Shown here one piece after another: positions 9,910-18,672 of a stretch of 43,617 nucleotides of DNA (position 1 is its first letter; every line of letters begins with the position of its first letter). The stretch is from the sequence record SRR20825010_6878, one strand, 5' to 3'. The notes beneath the pieces are model-generated. The model saw only the letters and a program-made list of their open reading frames with translations. It searched no databases and was not told where the DNA came from. The translations under genes were made by a program, and so were the position numbers.

Positions 9910-12288
9910 ATGCTACGAAACTACATCAAAACAGGGTTCAGAAACCTATTCAAACACAAGCGATATACCGCCATTAACATTACAGGTTTGGCGATTGGCG
10001 TAGCGAGTTGTTTGCTTATTTCGATGTTCGTGAAGGACGAGTTTACCTATGACAGTTGGCACAAGAATGGAGCAAATATTTATAAAATCACTACAGTTCC
10101 AAAGGATCAGGACAAAACGGTGGTGATGCAAGGTACTTCATACCCTGAAGCAGAAGTTTATGCCAATGAAATACCAGAGGTCAAGAATTTCACAAGAATA
10201 AGGGGAGAAGGTGCTACGGTAAAACTTGATGATACTTATTTGGATGAGAAAGGTCTGATTTTCACTGATAAAGGGCTTTTTGAAATGTTCGATTTCGATG
10301 TGATAAATGGAGCACTGGATAATCGGTTAAGTAATCTAGAGTCTTTAGTAATTACAGAGAGTACCGCCATCAAATATTTCGGAAAAAAGGATGTAGCTGG
10401 ACAGTCGTTAACAATGAAGATGGATAATGACTTTGAGGAATTCACGGTTACTGCCGTAATTGAGGATCACCCATCTAATTCTTCTTTCAGCTTTAATATG
10501 GCCATGTCGTGGGGGAAATTAGAGACAATCGTAGATTCTTTTTCTCGGTCCTTATGGTTTACAACACCTATTTACTCTTATGTTTTACTTGAAAATGAGG
10601 CTGACACAGAGGTCGTGATTCAAAAGATGGAGAAAAGTAGACTTCTTCATAATTCAGCCGAAGAAGGTCCAGAGTTATTCTCACGAAAGAGCCGCAATGG
10701 CTTACTCGCGTTAAAGGACGTCCATTTTCTTGGTGGAAGCAGTCAAGATGCAGATGCTAGCCGATCTTATCTACTTTCAAGTATTGCACTTCTAATTCTC
10801 ATTATTGCTTGTTTCAATTTTGCAAACTTAACGCTCGTCAATTCAATGAGTAGGTCGAAAGAAGTAGGGGTTAGAAAAACTGTTGGTGCACGGAAAGAGC
10901 AACTAGTTTTTCAATTTCTAATTGAAGCGATACTGCTTTGCTCTATCTCATTTATTGTAGGGGTAATCTTGGCTGAATTGACCCTTCCAGCTTTTGAGGC
11001 AATTATTCAGAAAGACTTTACACGCAACTTACTTCAGGATAAAATGCTCTTGTTGCTTTGTTATGGTGCCGTACTTTTCGCTTCAATTCTATCGGTAATT
11101 TATCCTTCACTTATCTTATCTAAGCTTCGTGTAACTAAAGTATTGAAAGGCAAAGTGAGTTTTGGAGGAAAGGGTTTTCTAACTAAATCTATGGTCACCT
11201 TTCAGTTCCTGTTGGCCTTGGTTTTTATCACCGTTACTGTGGCATTAAATCAGCAACATAAGTTTTTGATAAATAAAGACAAAGGCTATGACGATAATAA
11301 TCTAATTAGGTTAAAAGTCCCAAATGAAAACTCTGAATCAACATCTAAGCAGTTTATTTCAAAGCTAATAACGAACCCGAATATTCTATCGGTGGGAGCT
11401 GCGAGTGATTTGAATGAAGCCGTGACATCAAAAAACAAGGATGGAGAAAGGCTATTTATAATAAGTGGTTTTGCTAACCCAAGCTATACTGACGCTTTGG
11501 GTATTAAACTTTTGGAGGGCAGGGGACTAGAGGAGTCTGATCGGTTTATTGAGGAGCCTGCCATTACTAATGTCCTGATAAATCAATCCACCCTTCATGA
11601 ATTGGGGCCTGACTACTCTCTTGGTTCAACAATTATGGATGGGAAATTCAGGGTAGTTGGAGTGATCGCAGACTATCAGTTGTTTTCGGCTAAGTCGATG
11701 AGTACTCATATAATGTTACGCGCTAACCCAAGGGCTGGGAATAACTTTTTTATCAATAATGTATATATCAAATATCAACCTCATGTTTTGCCTGAGATAT
11801 TGGACGACTTAGAAAGAGCTTGGAAGGAAATTCTACCAAATGAACCATTCCAATACACCTTTATGGATGAATACAATGCTAACCTCTACAAGAAGGAAGC
11901 GCTTTGGTCAAAAACATTGAATTACTCTTCTGGTTTGGCCATTGCAGTTTCTCTTATGGGACTTTTGGGTTTAGTGGGGCTTACTGCCAGCCAAAGGAAA
12001 AAGGAAGTGAGTATTAGAAAAGTAATGGGCGCTTCTGTAGCCAATTTGATTTTGCTACTGAACCAAGGTTTTACAAGGCTCTTACTACTCTCTATTTTAC
12101 TCTCCGTTCCCATCGCTTATTACATCATCGATAAGTTTTTACAAGACTATATCAATAGAATTGACATTACAGTAATGCTGTTTGTATTGCCTTTGCTGGC
12201 TACGTTTTGCATTGCATGGCTAACGGTTTCTTCTATCACTTTTAAATCTGCCATAAGAAACCCAATAGACGACTTGAGGTATGAGTAG
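9910..12288 (+). CDS. ABC transporter permease, MacB/FtsX-type (paralog 5)
   Basis: 792 aa. RSKEVGVRKTVGA and RKKEVSIRKVMGA motifs, ends NPIDDLRYE. Confidence 0.93.
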   Translation: MLRNYIKTGFRNLFKHKRYTAINITGLAIGVASCLLISMFVKDEFTYDSWHKNGANIYKITTVPKDQDKTVVMQGTSYPEAEVYANEIPEVKNFTRIRGEGATVKLDDTYLDEKGLIFTDKGLFEMFDFDVINGALDNRLSNLESLVITESTAIKYFGKKDVAGQSLTMKMDNDFEEFTVTAVIEDHPSNSSFSFNMAMSWGKLETIVDSFSRSLWFTTPIYSYVLLENEADTEVVIQKMEKSRLLHNSAEEGPELFSRKSRNGLLALKDVHFLGGSSQDADASRSYLLSSIALLILIIACFNFANLTLVNSMSRSKEVGVRKTVGARKEQLVFQFLIEAILLCSISFIVGVILAELTLPAFEAIIQKDFTRNLLQDKMLLLLCYGAVLFASILSVIYPSLILSKLRVTKVLKGKVSFGGKGFLTKSMVTFQFLLALVFITVTVALNQQHKFLINKDKGYDDNNLIRLKVPNENSESTSKQFISKLITNPNILSVGAASDLNEAVTSKNKDGERLFIISGFANPSYTDALGIKLLEGRGLEESDRFIEEPAITNVLINQSTLHELGPDYSLGSTIMDGKFRVVGVIADYQLFSAKSMSTHIMLRANPRAGNNFFINNVYIKYQPHVLPEILDDLERAWKEILPNEPFQYTFMDEYNANLYKKEALWSKTLNYSSGLAIAVSLMGLLGLVGLTASQRKKEVSIRKVMGASVANLILLLNQGFTRLLLLSILLSVPIAYYIIDKFLQDYINRIDITVMLFVLPLLATFCIAWLTVSSITFKSAIRNPIDDLRYE

Positions 12289-12401
12289 AAATAATGAATT
12301 AATGAGAGAGAGGATTAATGAAATAATGAAGTAATGAGATAAGGTTAGAGTAGAAGGATTTTCTCTTAACCAATAACTAATACACTAATAACGAAAAAGC
12401 C
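12289..12401 (+). repeat. Inter-permease spacer 5 (8-nt block plus TAACCAA block)
   Basis: TAATGAAT TAATGAGA GAGAGGAT TAATGAAA TAATGAAG TAATGAGA at 12292-12339. TAACCAA-TAACTAA near 12367-12380. Confidence 0.85.
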
Positions 12402-14753
12402 ATGTTAAGAAATTATATCAAAGTCGCTTTTAGAAACCTGAGAAGAAACAAGCTTTACGCAAGCCTGAACATCCTTGGACTGAGTATCGGTTTGGGTTCA
12501 TTCTTTATCATCTACCTTTTTCTTCAAAATGAATTGGCCTATGACCAGTTTCACGAAAAGAAGGACAGGATTTATAGGGTGGTTCAAATTAATACATCTG
12601 ATATAGGTGAAGAGAAGCAGAGTGGGCTTACTTCTGCACTAGGGCCAGTAGCAAAGGATGAAATCCCTGAAATCGAAGCCTTTAGTAGATTAGAAAATTT
12701 CCCTAAAGGTATTGTCGTCAAAGGAGTTCAGGACTCAGTGGGCAGGGTTGAAAGCGCAGCCATTGACCCTGGTTTTTTAGAGTTCTTCGACCTTGATTTT
12801 GTGGCTGGAGATTTATCTGGTGCATTAAAGACGCCTAGCTCCATGTTGATCAATGAATCAAAAGCCATTCAATACTTTGGTAATGCCAATGAGGCAATGG
12901 GGAAAATTGTTAAAGTAGGTGGTGTTGATTTGGTCATTGACGGAGTGTACAAAGATTTGCCCAATACCACTTCGATTAAAGCCGAAATTATTGCGTTACT
13001 GACCACGATCAATAGCTGGAGAGGAGAGAACGGCTTTAACCAATGGAATGCTAGTTATAATGATCAAACCTATTTCTTACTTAACAAAGAGGCTCAAATA
13101 AGTGAGGTAGAATCAAAACTCAACGATCTATTTAAGGTCAATGCCATGAGTGGGACTAGACGTTTGACACTACAACCATTGGCAGATGTACATTTCTCTT
13201 TGGATGTAAGAGGGCCTGTAACCGAAAAAACTGACCGTCAGTACATCTTTATTTTCACCTTTGTGGCTGTGTTCATATTGATTTGTTCGGTGTTCAATTA
13301 TGTAAGTCTTGCGCTTTCGCAGTCCATTGAAAGAACGAAGGAGATTGGTGTAAGAAAGGTGTCAGGTGCTAGAAATAAGGAGCTATACACTCAGTTTTTG
13401 ATTGAATCCGTAATTCAGGTCTTTTTTAGTTTTTTGGCGGCTATTATTCTTGTCGAGCTGTTACTTCCGCAATTGGAAAGCCTTATTGATAGAAGTTTAG
13501 CTATTAGTGTTTTTGAGCAACCTGGGTTTTTAGTCAAAGGCCTAGTGTTCTCTTTAATTATTGCAGGTCTGTGTTCTCTTTATCCTGCCTATTTAAGTAC
13601 AAGGCTTAATGTGGTGAAGATCTTCAAAAACACTTCTAGTAATTTCTCGACAAAGAGGCTTATAGGTGCTGTCAGTATTTTCCAAATCGTAGTGTTCATT
13701 GTTCTTATTTGTGTTTCGTTTACGGCCAATCGTCAGATGGATTTTATGCGGAATGAGAATCTTGGCTTTGATAAAGATTCTCAATTAGTACTGAACCGCT
13801 TTTCTAAAGAAGCCACTAGTAAAAAGGTATTGCTCAAGAATGAGTTGCTCAATGTGCCGGGCGTTATTTCTGCTACTTATGCGACATCTATACCTTCTAG
13901 GGTTATGGGCACAATGACTTTTGGCGATTATGATTTCCGTTGGAATATGTTTGATGTAGACCCTGACTATTTCAAAACCATGGGCATGGAAATTATTGAA
14001 GGTAGGGGATTCCTTCCCGAAGATTCAGATTCATCTAAATTGATCATAATTAATGCCACTGCTGCTGAAAAACTTGGTTTTAGCAATAATGCAGTGGGGA
14101 GGACTATAGAACAAAATAGCACTGCCCTAACGATTGTAGGAGTAGTGAATGACTTCCATTTTGTGTCTAAAAAGGAACCTGTTGAAGCCACTTTATTCAA
14201 GCCTTTGGGCGCGTATGCTGGAGTGCTTGTACTAAAGTTAAACAAAGAGAATATGGTAGCTGTGTTGGAGAGAGTAAAATCAAAATATTCAGGTTTGACC
14301 AGTGGCGATGTGGCCAACTTCTTCTTTCTAGAAGATCAAATTAACTCTCAATACAAGCAAGAAAACGTAATGATTACCATGCTCAACACCTTTACGGTAA
14401 TTGCAGCTTTAGTCGCATTTATCGGGCTTTTCGGTATTGCTGGTTATTCGGTAAAACGCAGGTTGAAAGAAATGGGCATTCGTAAGGTGCTGGGTGCTGG
14501 ATTCTTGAGTATTCAGAAAACGCTCAATGTATCAAGTGTCTGGAAACTACTGATCGCTGTTGTCATTGCCGTGCCGGTAGTAGTCTACTGGATGGACAAT
14601 TGGCTGAGTTCTTTTGCTTACCGCATTGAAATGCCTGTGTTCCTCATCTTCGGAGCTATTGCTGTTGCCTCCATCGTGATTTTCATTACTGTTTCCATTC
14701 ACAGTATAAAAGCCTATTTAATTAACCCAGTGGAGATATTAAAGGACGAGTAG
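12402..14753 (+). CDS. ABC transporter permease, MacB/FtsX-type (paralog 6, closest to paralog 1)
   Basis: 783 aa. First 60 aa identical to paralog 1 and last 134 aa 132/134 identical. Confidence 0.93.
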   Translation: MLRNYIKVAFRNLRRNKLYASLNILGLSIGLGSFFIIYLFLQNELAYDQFHEKKDRIYRVVQINTSDIGEEKQSGLTSALGPVAKDEIPEIEAFSRLENFPKGIVVKGVQDSVGRVESAAIDPGFLEFFDLDFVAGDLSGALKTPSSMLINESKAIQYFGNANEAMGKIVKVGGVDLVIDGVYKDLPNTTSIKAEIIALLTTINSWRGENGFNQWNASYNDQTYFLLNKEAQISEVESKLNDLFKVNAMSGTRRLTLQPLADVHFSLDVRGPVTEKTDRQYIFIFTFVAVFILICSVFNYVSLALSQSIERTKEIGVRKVSGARNKELYTQFLIESVIQVFFSFLAAIILVELLLPQLESLIDRSLAISVFEQPGFLVKGLVFSLIIAGLCSLYPAYLSTRLNVVKIFKNTSSNFSTKRLIGAVSIFQIVVFIVLICVSFTANRQMDFMRNENLGFDKDSQLVLNRFSKEATSKKVLLKNELLNVPGVISATYATSIPSRVMGTMTFGDYDFRWNMFDVDPDYFKTMGMEIIEGRGFLPEDSDSSKLIIINATAAEKLGFSNNAVGRTIEQNSTALTIVGVVNDFHFVSKKEPVEATLFKPLGAYAGVLVLKLNKENMVAVLERVKSKYSGLTSGDVANFFFLEDQINSQYKQENVMITMLNTFTVIAALVAFIGLFGIAGYSVKRRLKEMGIRKVLGAGFLSIQKTLNVSSVWKLLIAVVIAVPVVVYWMDNWLSSFAYRIEMPVFLIFGAIAVASIVIFITVSIHSIKAYLINPVEILKDE

Positions 14754-14754
14754 A

Positions 14755-14852
14755 TAATGAATTAAGGAGAGAAGGAATCAATGAAATAGGGATGGAAGCC
14801 CGAAGACGGAAGTGGGTTTCTTTTTTATTAATTACCAATTAACCAACACGCT
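14755..14852 (+). repeat. Tripartite inter-permease spacer 6
   Basis: 8-nt units at 14755-14794. GAAGCCC-GAAGACG-GAAGT at 14795-14813. T-tract, then TTACCAA-TTAACCAA. Confidence 0.85.
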
Positions 14853-17216
14853 ATGTTACGGAACTATATAAAATCAGCTTTTATTAACCTAAAACGAAAT
14901 ACGGGTTACACGCTGCTCATGATCTTTTCATTGGCTTTGGGCATGTATTGTTTTGTAATGGCGGGGCTCTATGTACGCTATGAGTATTCCAGAAACCTAA
15001 ATCATGCGAATGCGGATCGGGTGTACAGGGTAATGTTGGATTTTGGGGAGTACAAAGATTATATCACCGAAGATTTTGCTGAGCAAATCAAAACATCTAA
15101 TCCTGAAGTTGAGGAACTCAATGCCATTAACGGTGTAAGAGGTGATCTTTATCTAAGTGCGGACGGAGAGGCCTATTTAAAAGAAGGGAATGGTTTTTAT
15201 ACGGATGCCAATGTGTTTGATGTTTTTAGTTTTCCGCTGAAATATGGTAATCCTCAAAACGCCTTAGAGGGAACGGGGAAAATTGTGCTTTCAAGCAGTT
15301 TGTCCGAAACGTTGTTTCCAAATAAGAACCCTGTAGGCGAAGAAATACAAATTCATGAGAAGGGCACATTCTTGATTTCTGGAGTCATGGATCAGGTTTC
15401 TGAGTTATCCGTATTTAATCCAGGGCTATTCTTTTCCATGGAAGAATTTAAAAAGGAAATGGCCGAATCAAACAGAGCGCTCTTCTATCTATTAACGCAT
15501 GTCAAGCTTAAGGAAGAAGTATCGAAAGAACAGCTCGAAGAAGGTATTTTTAGAACGGCTCAGAATGTAGGTGCTTTTGAAAATCTTAAAGGAATCTATA
15601 CCGAAAACCTAGCAGACGCATACTGGGGTAATTCTATCTATGATTATGGTGCGCAGTACTACTCCCTTTTTGGGGCTTCCAAAAAAATGATTAAAACGGT
15701 AATGTACATCACTTTCGGAGTTTTGCTTTGTGCCTTTTTAGGCTATGTGGCCATTGCGCTTAGCCTTTCCCTCAAACGTGCCAAAGAGGTAGGTATCCGC
15801 AAGGTCAATGGCGCTAATGTAAAGGAAATTAGAGCTCAGTTTTTAATGGAATCCGTGGTTTATGCGGTGGTGGCCCTTTTGCTTACCGTTGTGGTTTTGG
15901 AACTTAGCGAAAAGAGCATTTCTGACCTATTTCAAGTCCCTGTGGGTTTGAGGAGCGACCAACCCGAAGTGATTGTATTCTTAATTGCGTTTACCTTATT
16001 CACTGGTTTAGTTGCAGGGCTCTACCCATCCCTAGTAGTTTCAAAGCTGAAGCCTGTCAAAGTGCTCTCTGGGTTTTCTAGTCCGAAAGGGGCTGGATTT
16101 ATATTGAAGAGAGTACTGCTCACCACCCAGTTTGTCATCACCATTTGCTTGGTGTTTGGGGTGTATGTGTTGAAACTTCAAGTGACTAAAATGAATCACT
16201 TTGATGCAGGCTATAACGTAGAAAATGTATTGACTTTCGGTAATAGAAATCCGAAAATAAAGAAGAACGTTGAATTGATTAATGAACGACTTGAAAACCT
16301 TCCAGGAGTGCAGGAAGTAGCCAAAGGGCCTTTTCCATTTAACTTTAATGGCTTTGCCAATATTGAATTACAGTTAAGGGACAGCTTGATCAAGAATAAC
16401 CCATCAAGAATCTACGTGTCAGATAACTTTTTTGACCTCGTAGATATAAAGTTGGAGGAAGGTAATGCCTTTTCTGATACCAGTACACCTCTGGAAAACG
16501 CCTGTATTATCAATGAGCGTCTGGCGAAAGAATTAGGGTTACAAAGTCCTGTGGGAACTGCTCTAAACGTGAATGGTAAACCAAAAACTGTTGTAGGATT
16601 GGTCAGCGATATTTCCACTTGGGGTGTAGGGAGTCCTGATCCAATGGCACACATTTTTCTGCCAGATGTCAACAATATTGCACATAGTTATCTAATCAAA
16701 GTAAAACCTGAAAGTAGAGATAAACTGGTGGCCAGTCTTGAATCCATTTGGAAGGAATACGAAACCGTAATTGAACCAGACATTACTCAGCTTGATCAAA
16801 AAGTAAATGGCTCTGTACAGAAGATGGCTAAAATCTCAACGCTCTTTAGCATTTTGGCAGGGGTAGTGCTCTTGCTTTCTTTTATGAACCTTTTCGGTAT
16901 GGCCATTATGTTTGCTAATTCTAAAATGAAGGCCGTGAGTATCCGTAAAATTCTAGGTGCAAGTGTTCCTGAGTTATTGGGCAGGTTGTCACTTCCTTTC
17001 CTTTATAGCCTTATCATCGCTTTATTGATTGCTTTACCTATTGGCTATTATTTGATGGAACAATACCTGCAAGACTATGCGGTGAGGATAAGTCTCAATG
17101 CGGGTCAAGGCCTTATCGCTGGTGTCTTTATGATTGTACTGCTATTCGTGGTTATCGGCTTTAAGATGCTTCAATTCAGCAAAACCAATCCGGTAGAGGT
17201 TTTGAGAAAGGAGTAG
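14853..17216 (+). CDS. ABC transporter permease, MacB/FtsX-type (paralog 7)
   Basis: 787 aa. RAKEVGIRKVNGA motif, a divergent second motif KMKAVSIRKILGA, ends NPVEVLRKE. Confidence 0.92.
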   Translation: MLRNYIKSAFINLKRNTGYTLLMIFSLALGMYCFVMAGLYVRYEYSRNLNHANADRVYRVMLDFGEYKDYITEDFAEQIKTSNPEVEELNAINGVRGDLYLSADGEAYLKEGNGFYTDANVFDVFSFPLKYGNPQNALEGTGKIVLSSSLSETLFPNKNPVGEEIQIHEKGTFLISGVMDQVSELSVFNPGLFFSMEEFKKEMAESNRALFYLLTHVKLKEEVSKEQLEEGIFRTAQNVGAFENLKGIYTENLADAYWGNSIYDYGAQYYSLFGASKKMIKTVMYITFGVLLCAFLGYVAIALSLSLKRAKEVGIRKVNGANVKEIRAQFLMESVVYAVVALLLTVVVLELSEKSISDLFQVPVGLRSDQPEVIVFLIAFTLFTGLVAGLYPSLVVSKLKPVKVLSGFSSPKGAGFILKRVLLTTQFVITICLVFGVYVLKLQVTKMNHFDAGYNVENVLTFGNRNPKIKKNVELINERLENLPGVQEVAKGPFPFNFNGFANIELQLRDSLIKNNPSRIYVSDNFFDLVDIKLEEGNAFSDTSTPLENACIINERLAKELGLQSPVGTALNVNGKPKTVVGLVSDISTWGVGSPDPMAHIFLPDVNNIAHSYLIKVKPESRDKLVASLESIWKEYETVIEPDITQLDQKVNGSVQKMAKISTLFSILAGVVLLLSFMNLFGMAIMFANSKMKAVSIRKILGASVPELLGRLSLPFLYSLIIALLIALPIGYYLMEQYLQDYAVRISLNAGQGLIAGVFMIVLLFVVIGFKMLQFSKTNPVEVLRKE

Positions 17217-17217
17217 G

Positions 17218-17280
17218 GAAGCAGGAAGTCAGAAGACGGGAGCCCACTCTTAACCAATAACCAATAGACGAATAACTCAA
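17218..17280 (+). repeat. Terminal spacer (GAAG and TAACCAA blocks) with no downstream permease
   Basis: GAAGCAG-GAAGTCA-GAAGACG-GGAGCCC at 17218-17245. TAACCAA-TAACCAA at 17251-17264. Confidence 0.8.
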
Positions 17281-17285
17281 TAGGA

Positions 17286-17323
17286 CATAAAAAAAGCGAC
17301 TATCACTAGCCGCTTTTTTTATG
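17286..17323. terminator. Bidirectional intrinsic terminator between the permease array and the amidohydrolase operon
   Basis: CATAAAAAAAGCG (17286-17298) and CGCTTTTTTTATG (17311-17323) form an inverted repeat with an inner CTA/TAG stem, between convergent genes. Confidence 0.88.
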
Positions 17324-17337
17324 AGTTTGAAATATTA

Positions 17338-18663
17338 TTATTTCTTAATGATTTTGAGTGCAGGGTCGTTCTTTTTAACACCTGGAGTTCTATCTAAGAA
17401 TTCATCATACAATCTGATTTGCTGAGAAGTCATTGGTACTTTATAACCATCAATGAACAAGTCAGTAATCTTAGAAGCTGTCTCAAATGGATCGCCAGTA
17501 GAAATAAACACGTTTGCTTTCTTCCCTACTTCGATTGATCCTATACTATTGGAAACACCTAAAATTTCAGCTGCATTAATAGTGATTGCTTTCAATGCTT
17601 CTTCTCTTCCCATTCCATAAGAAGCTGCGAAGCCCGCATGGTAAGGTAAGTTTCTTACATTTTCGGTATCACCAGTACGCAAAGCAACTTTAACACCTGC
17701 TGCGCTCATAATTCCTGGGTTTGCATAAGCCGCATCATATTTATCCGATCCACGTGTTGGAATGGCTTGAATAGGGCCAGCAATTACAGGAATCTTAGAC
17801 TTAGCAAGTTCATCGGCAACTCTCCAGCCTTCAGATACACCAGTGATTACAACATCTTTGTAACCTCTAGATTTTACCCAATCAATAACAGCAAGGATAT
17901 CCTTAGCAGCATTGGCTTCGATGAAAAGTTTCATCTCACCTTTAACAACAGGTACCAAAGCTTCGATTTCAGGGTAGTTTCTTACATCACCAGAATTCTC
18001 AATTTTAGCATAAAGCTCTGCTTTGTCCCAAGCATCGTTCACTTGCTTTAAAGCTCTTTCTGTAGCTTTTGCTTGCTCTTCAGGAGATCTTCTTCTGAAA
18101 CGACCTCCACCAGCGGTAGAAGGGAAGTTCATGATGATTCCTTTTGCGCCAGCAAACATTTGATCTGGAGTGTAACCAAATAAGTTGATTGCCGCAGCTG
18201 TACCAGGCAAGAATCCTCCACTAGGAGTAGTCCATACTGTGGTAACACCACTCACACGGGTTACAGGGATAACAGCTGAATTAGGGTTAACGGCAGTCAA
18301 AGCCTGCATTTGAGGTGTTAAAGCTCCGCTTTCGCTAAAATCTTGAGACACGTCAATACTACCGATTTCTGATAAACCTACTTTAGTACCAGAATCAATC
18401 ATACCTGGGTAAATTTCTTTTCCCTTACAGTCAATTACTTCCGCATCATCCGGAATAGTAACATTGGCACCGACTGCTTCGATGATACCATTGTTGATTA
18501 TCAAAGTGCCGTTCTCAATAATACCGTTGGTTACAGTATAAATCTTGGCATTTGTGAGCGCGAATTTACCCGCTCGGGCTTTCATCACTTGGTCGTCTTC
18601 TTGCCCAAAAGAAAGAAGAGGAACGATTAAAGCAATAATGAGTATTTGGAATATTCTTTTCAT
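17338..18663 (-). CDS. Secreted amidohydrolase-family protein lacking the HxH metal motif
   Basis: Signal peptide, N-terminal beta-sandwich (ALTNAKIYTV), PGMIDSGTKV in place of PGxIDxHxH, and GSIEVGKKANV. Confidence 0.85.
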   Translation of the reverse strand: MKRIFQILIIALIVPLLSFGQEDDQVMKARAGKFALTNAKIYTVTNGIIENGTLIINNGIIEAVGANVTIPDDAEVIDCKGKEIYPGMIDSGTKVGLSEIGSIDVSQDFSESGALTPQMQALTAVNPNSAVIPVTRVSGVTTVWTTPSGGFLPGTAAAINLFGYTPDQMFAGAKGIIMNFPSTAGGGRFRRRSPEEQAKATERALKQVNDAWDKAELYAKIENSGDVRNYPEIEALVPVVKGEMKLFIEANAAKDILAVIDWVKSRGYKDVVITGVSEGWRVADELAKSKIPVIAGPIQAIPTRGSDKYDAAYANPGIMSAAGVKVALRTGDTENVRNLPYHAGFAASYGMGREEALKAITINAAEILGVSNSIGSIEVGKKANVFISTGDPFETASKITDLFIDGYKVPMTSQQIRLYDEFLDRTPGVKKNDPALKIIKK

Positions 18664-18672
18664 AGCTTCTTT

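Noticed and set aside
51-14753. Diversity-generating retroelement TR/VR pair between paralogs 1 and 6
   Set aside because: Differences in the shared ends are mostly synonymous C/T changes rather than adenine-specific, and no reverse transcriptase is present.
526-16675. Short alternative-frame and antisense ORFs (60-164 aa) inside the permease genes
   Set aside because: They are fully nested in long, well-supported CDSs, have no recognisable motifs, and look like shadow ORFs.
2391-17280. Recurrent GAAGACGGAAGT motif as a CRISPR repeat or integron attC site
   Set aside because: The core is only 12 nt, separated by whole 2.3-kb genes, not palindromic, has no RYYYAAC/GTTRRRY ends, and no cas or integrase gene is in the window.
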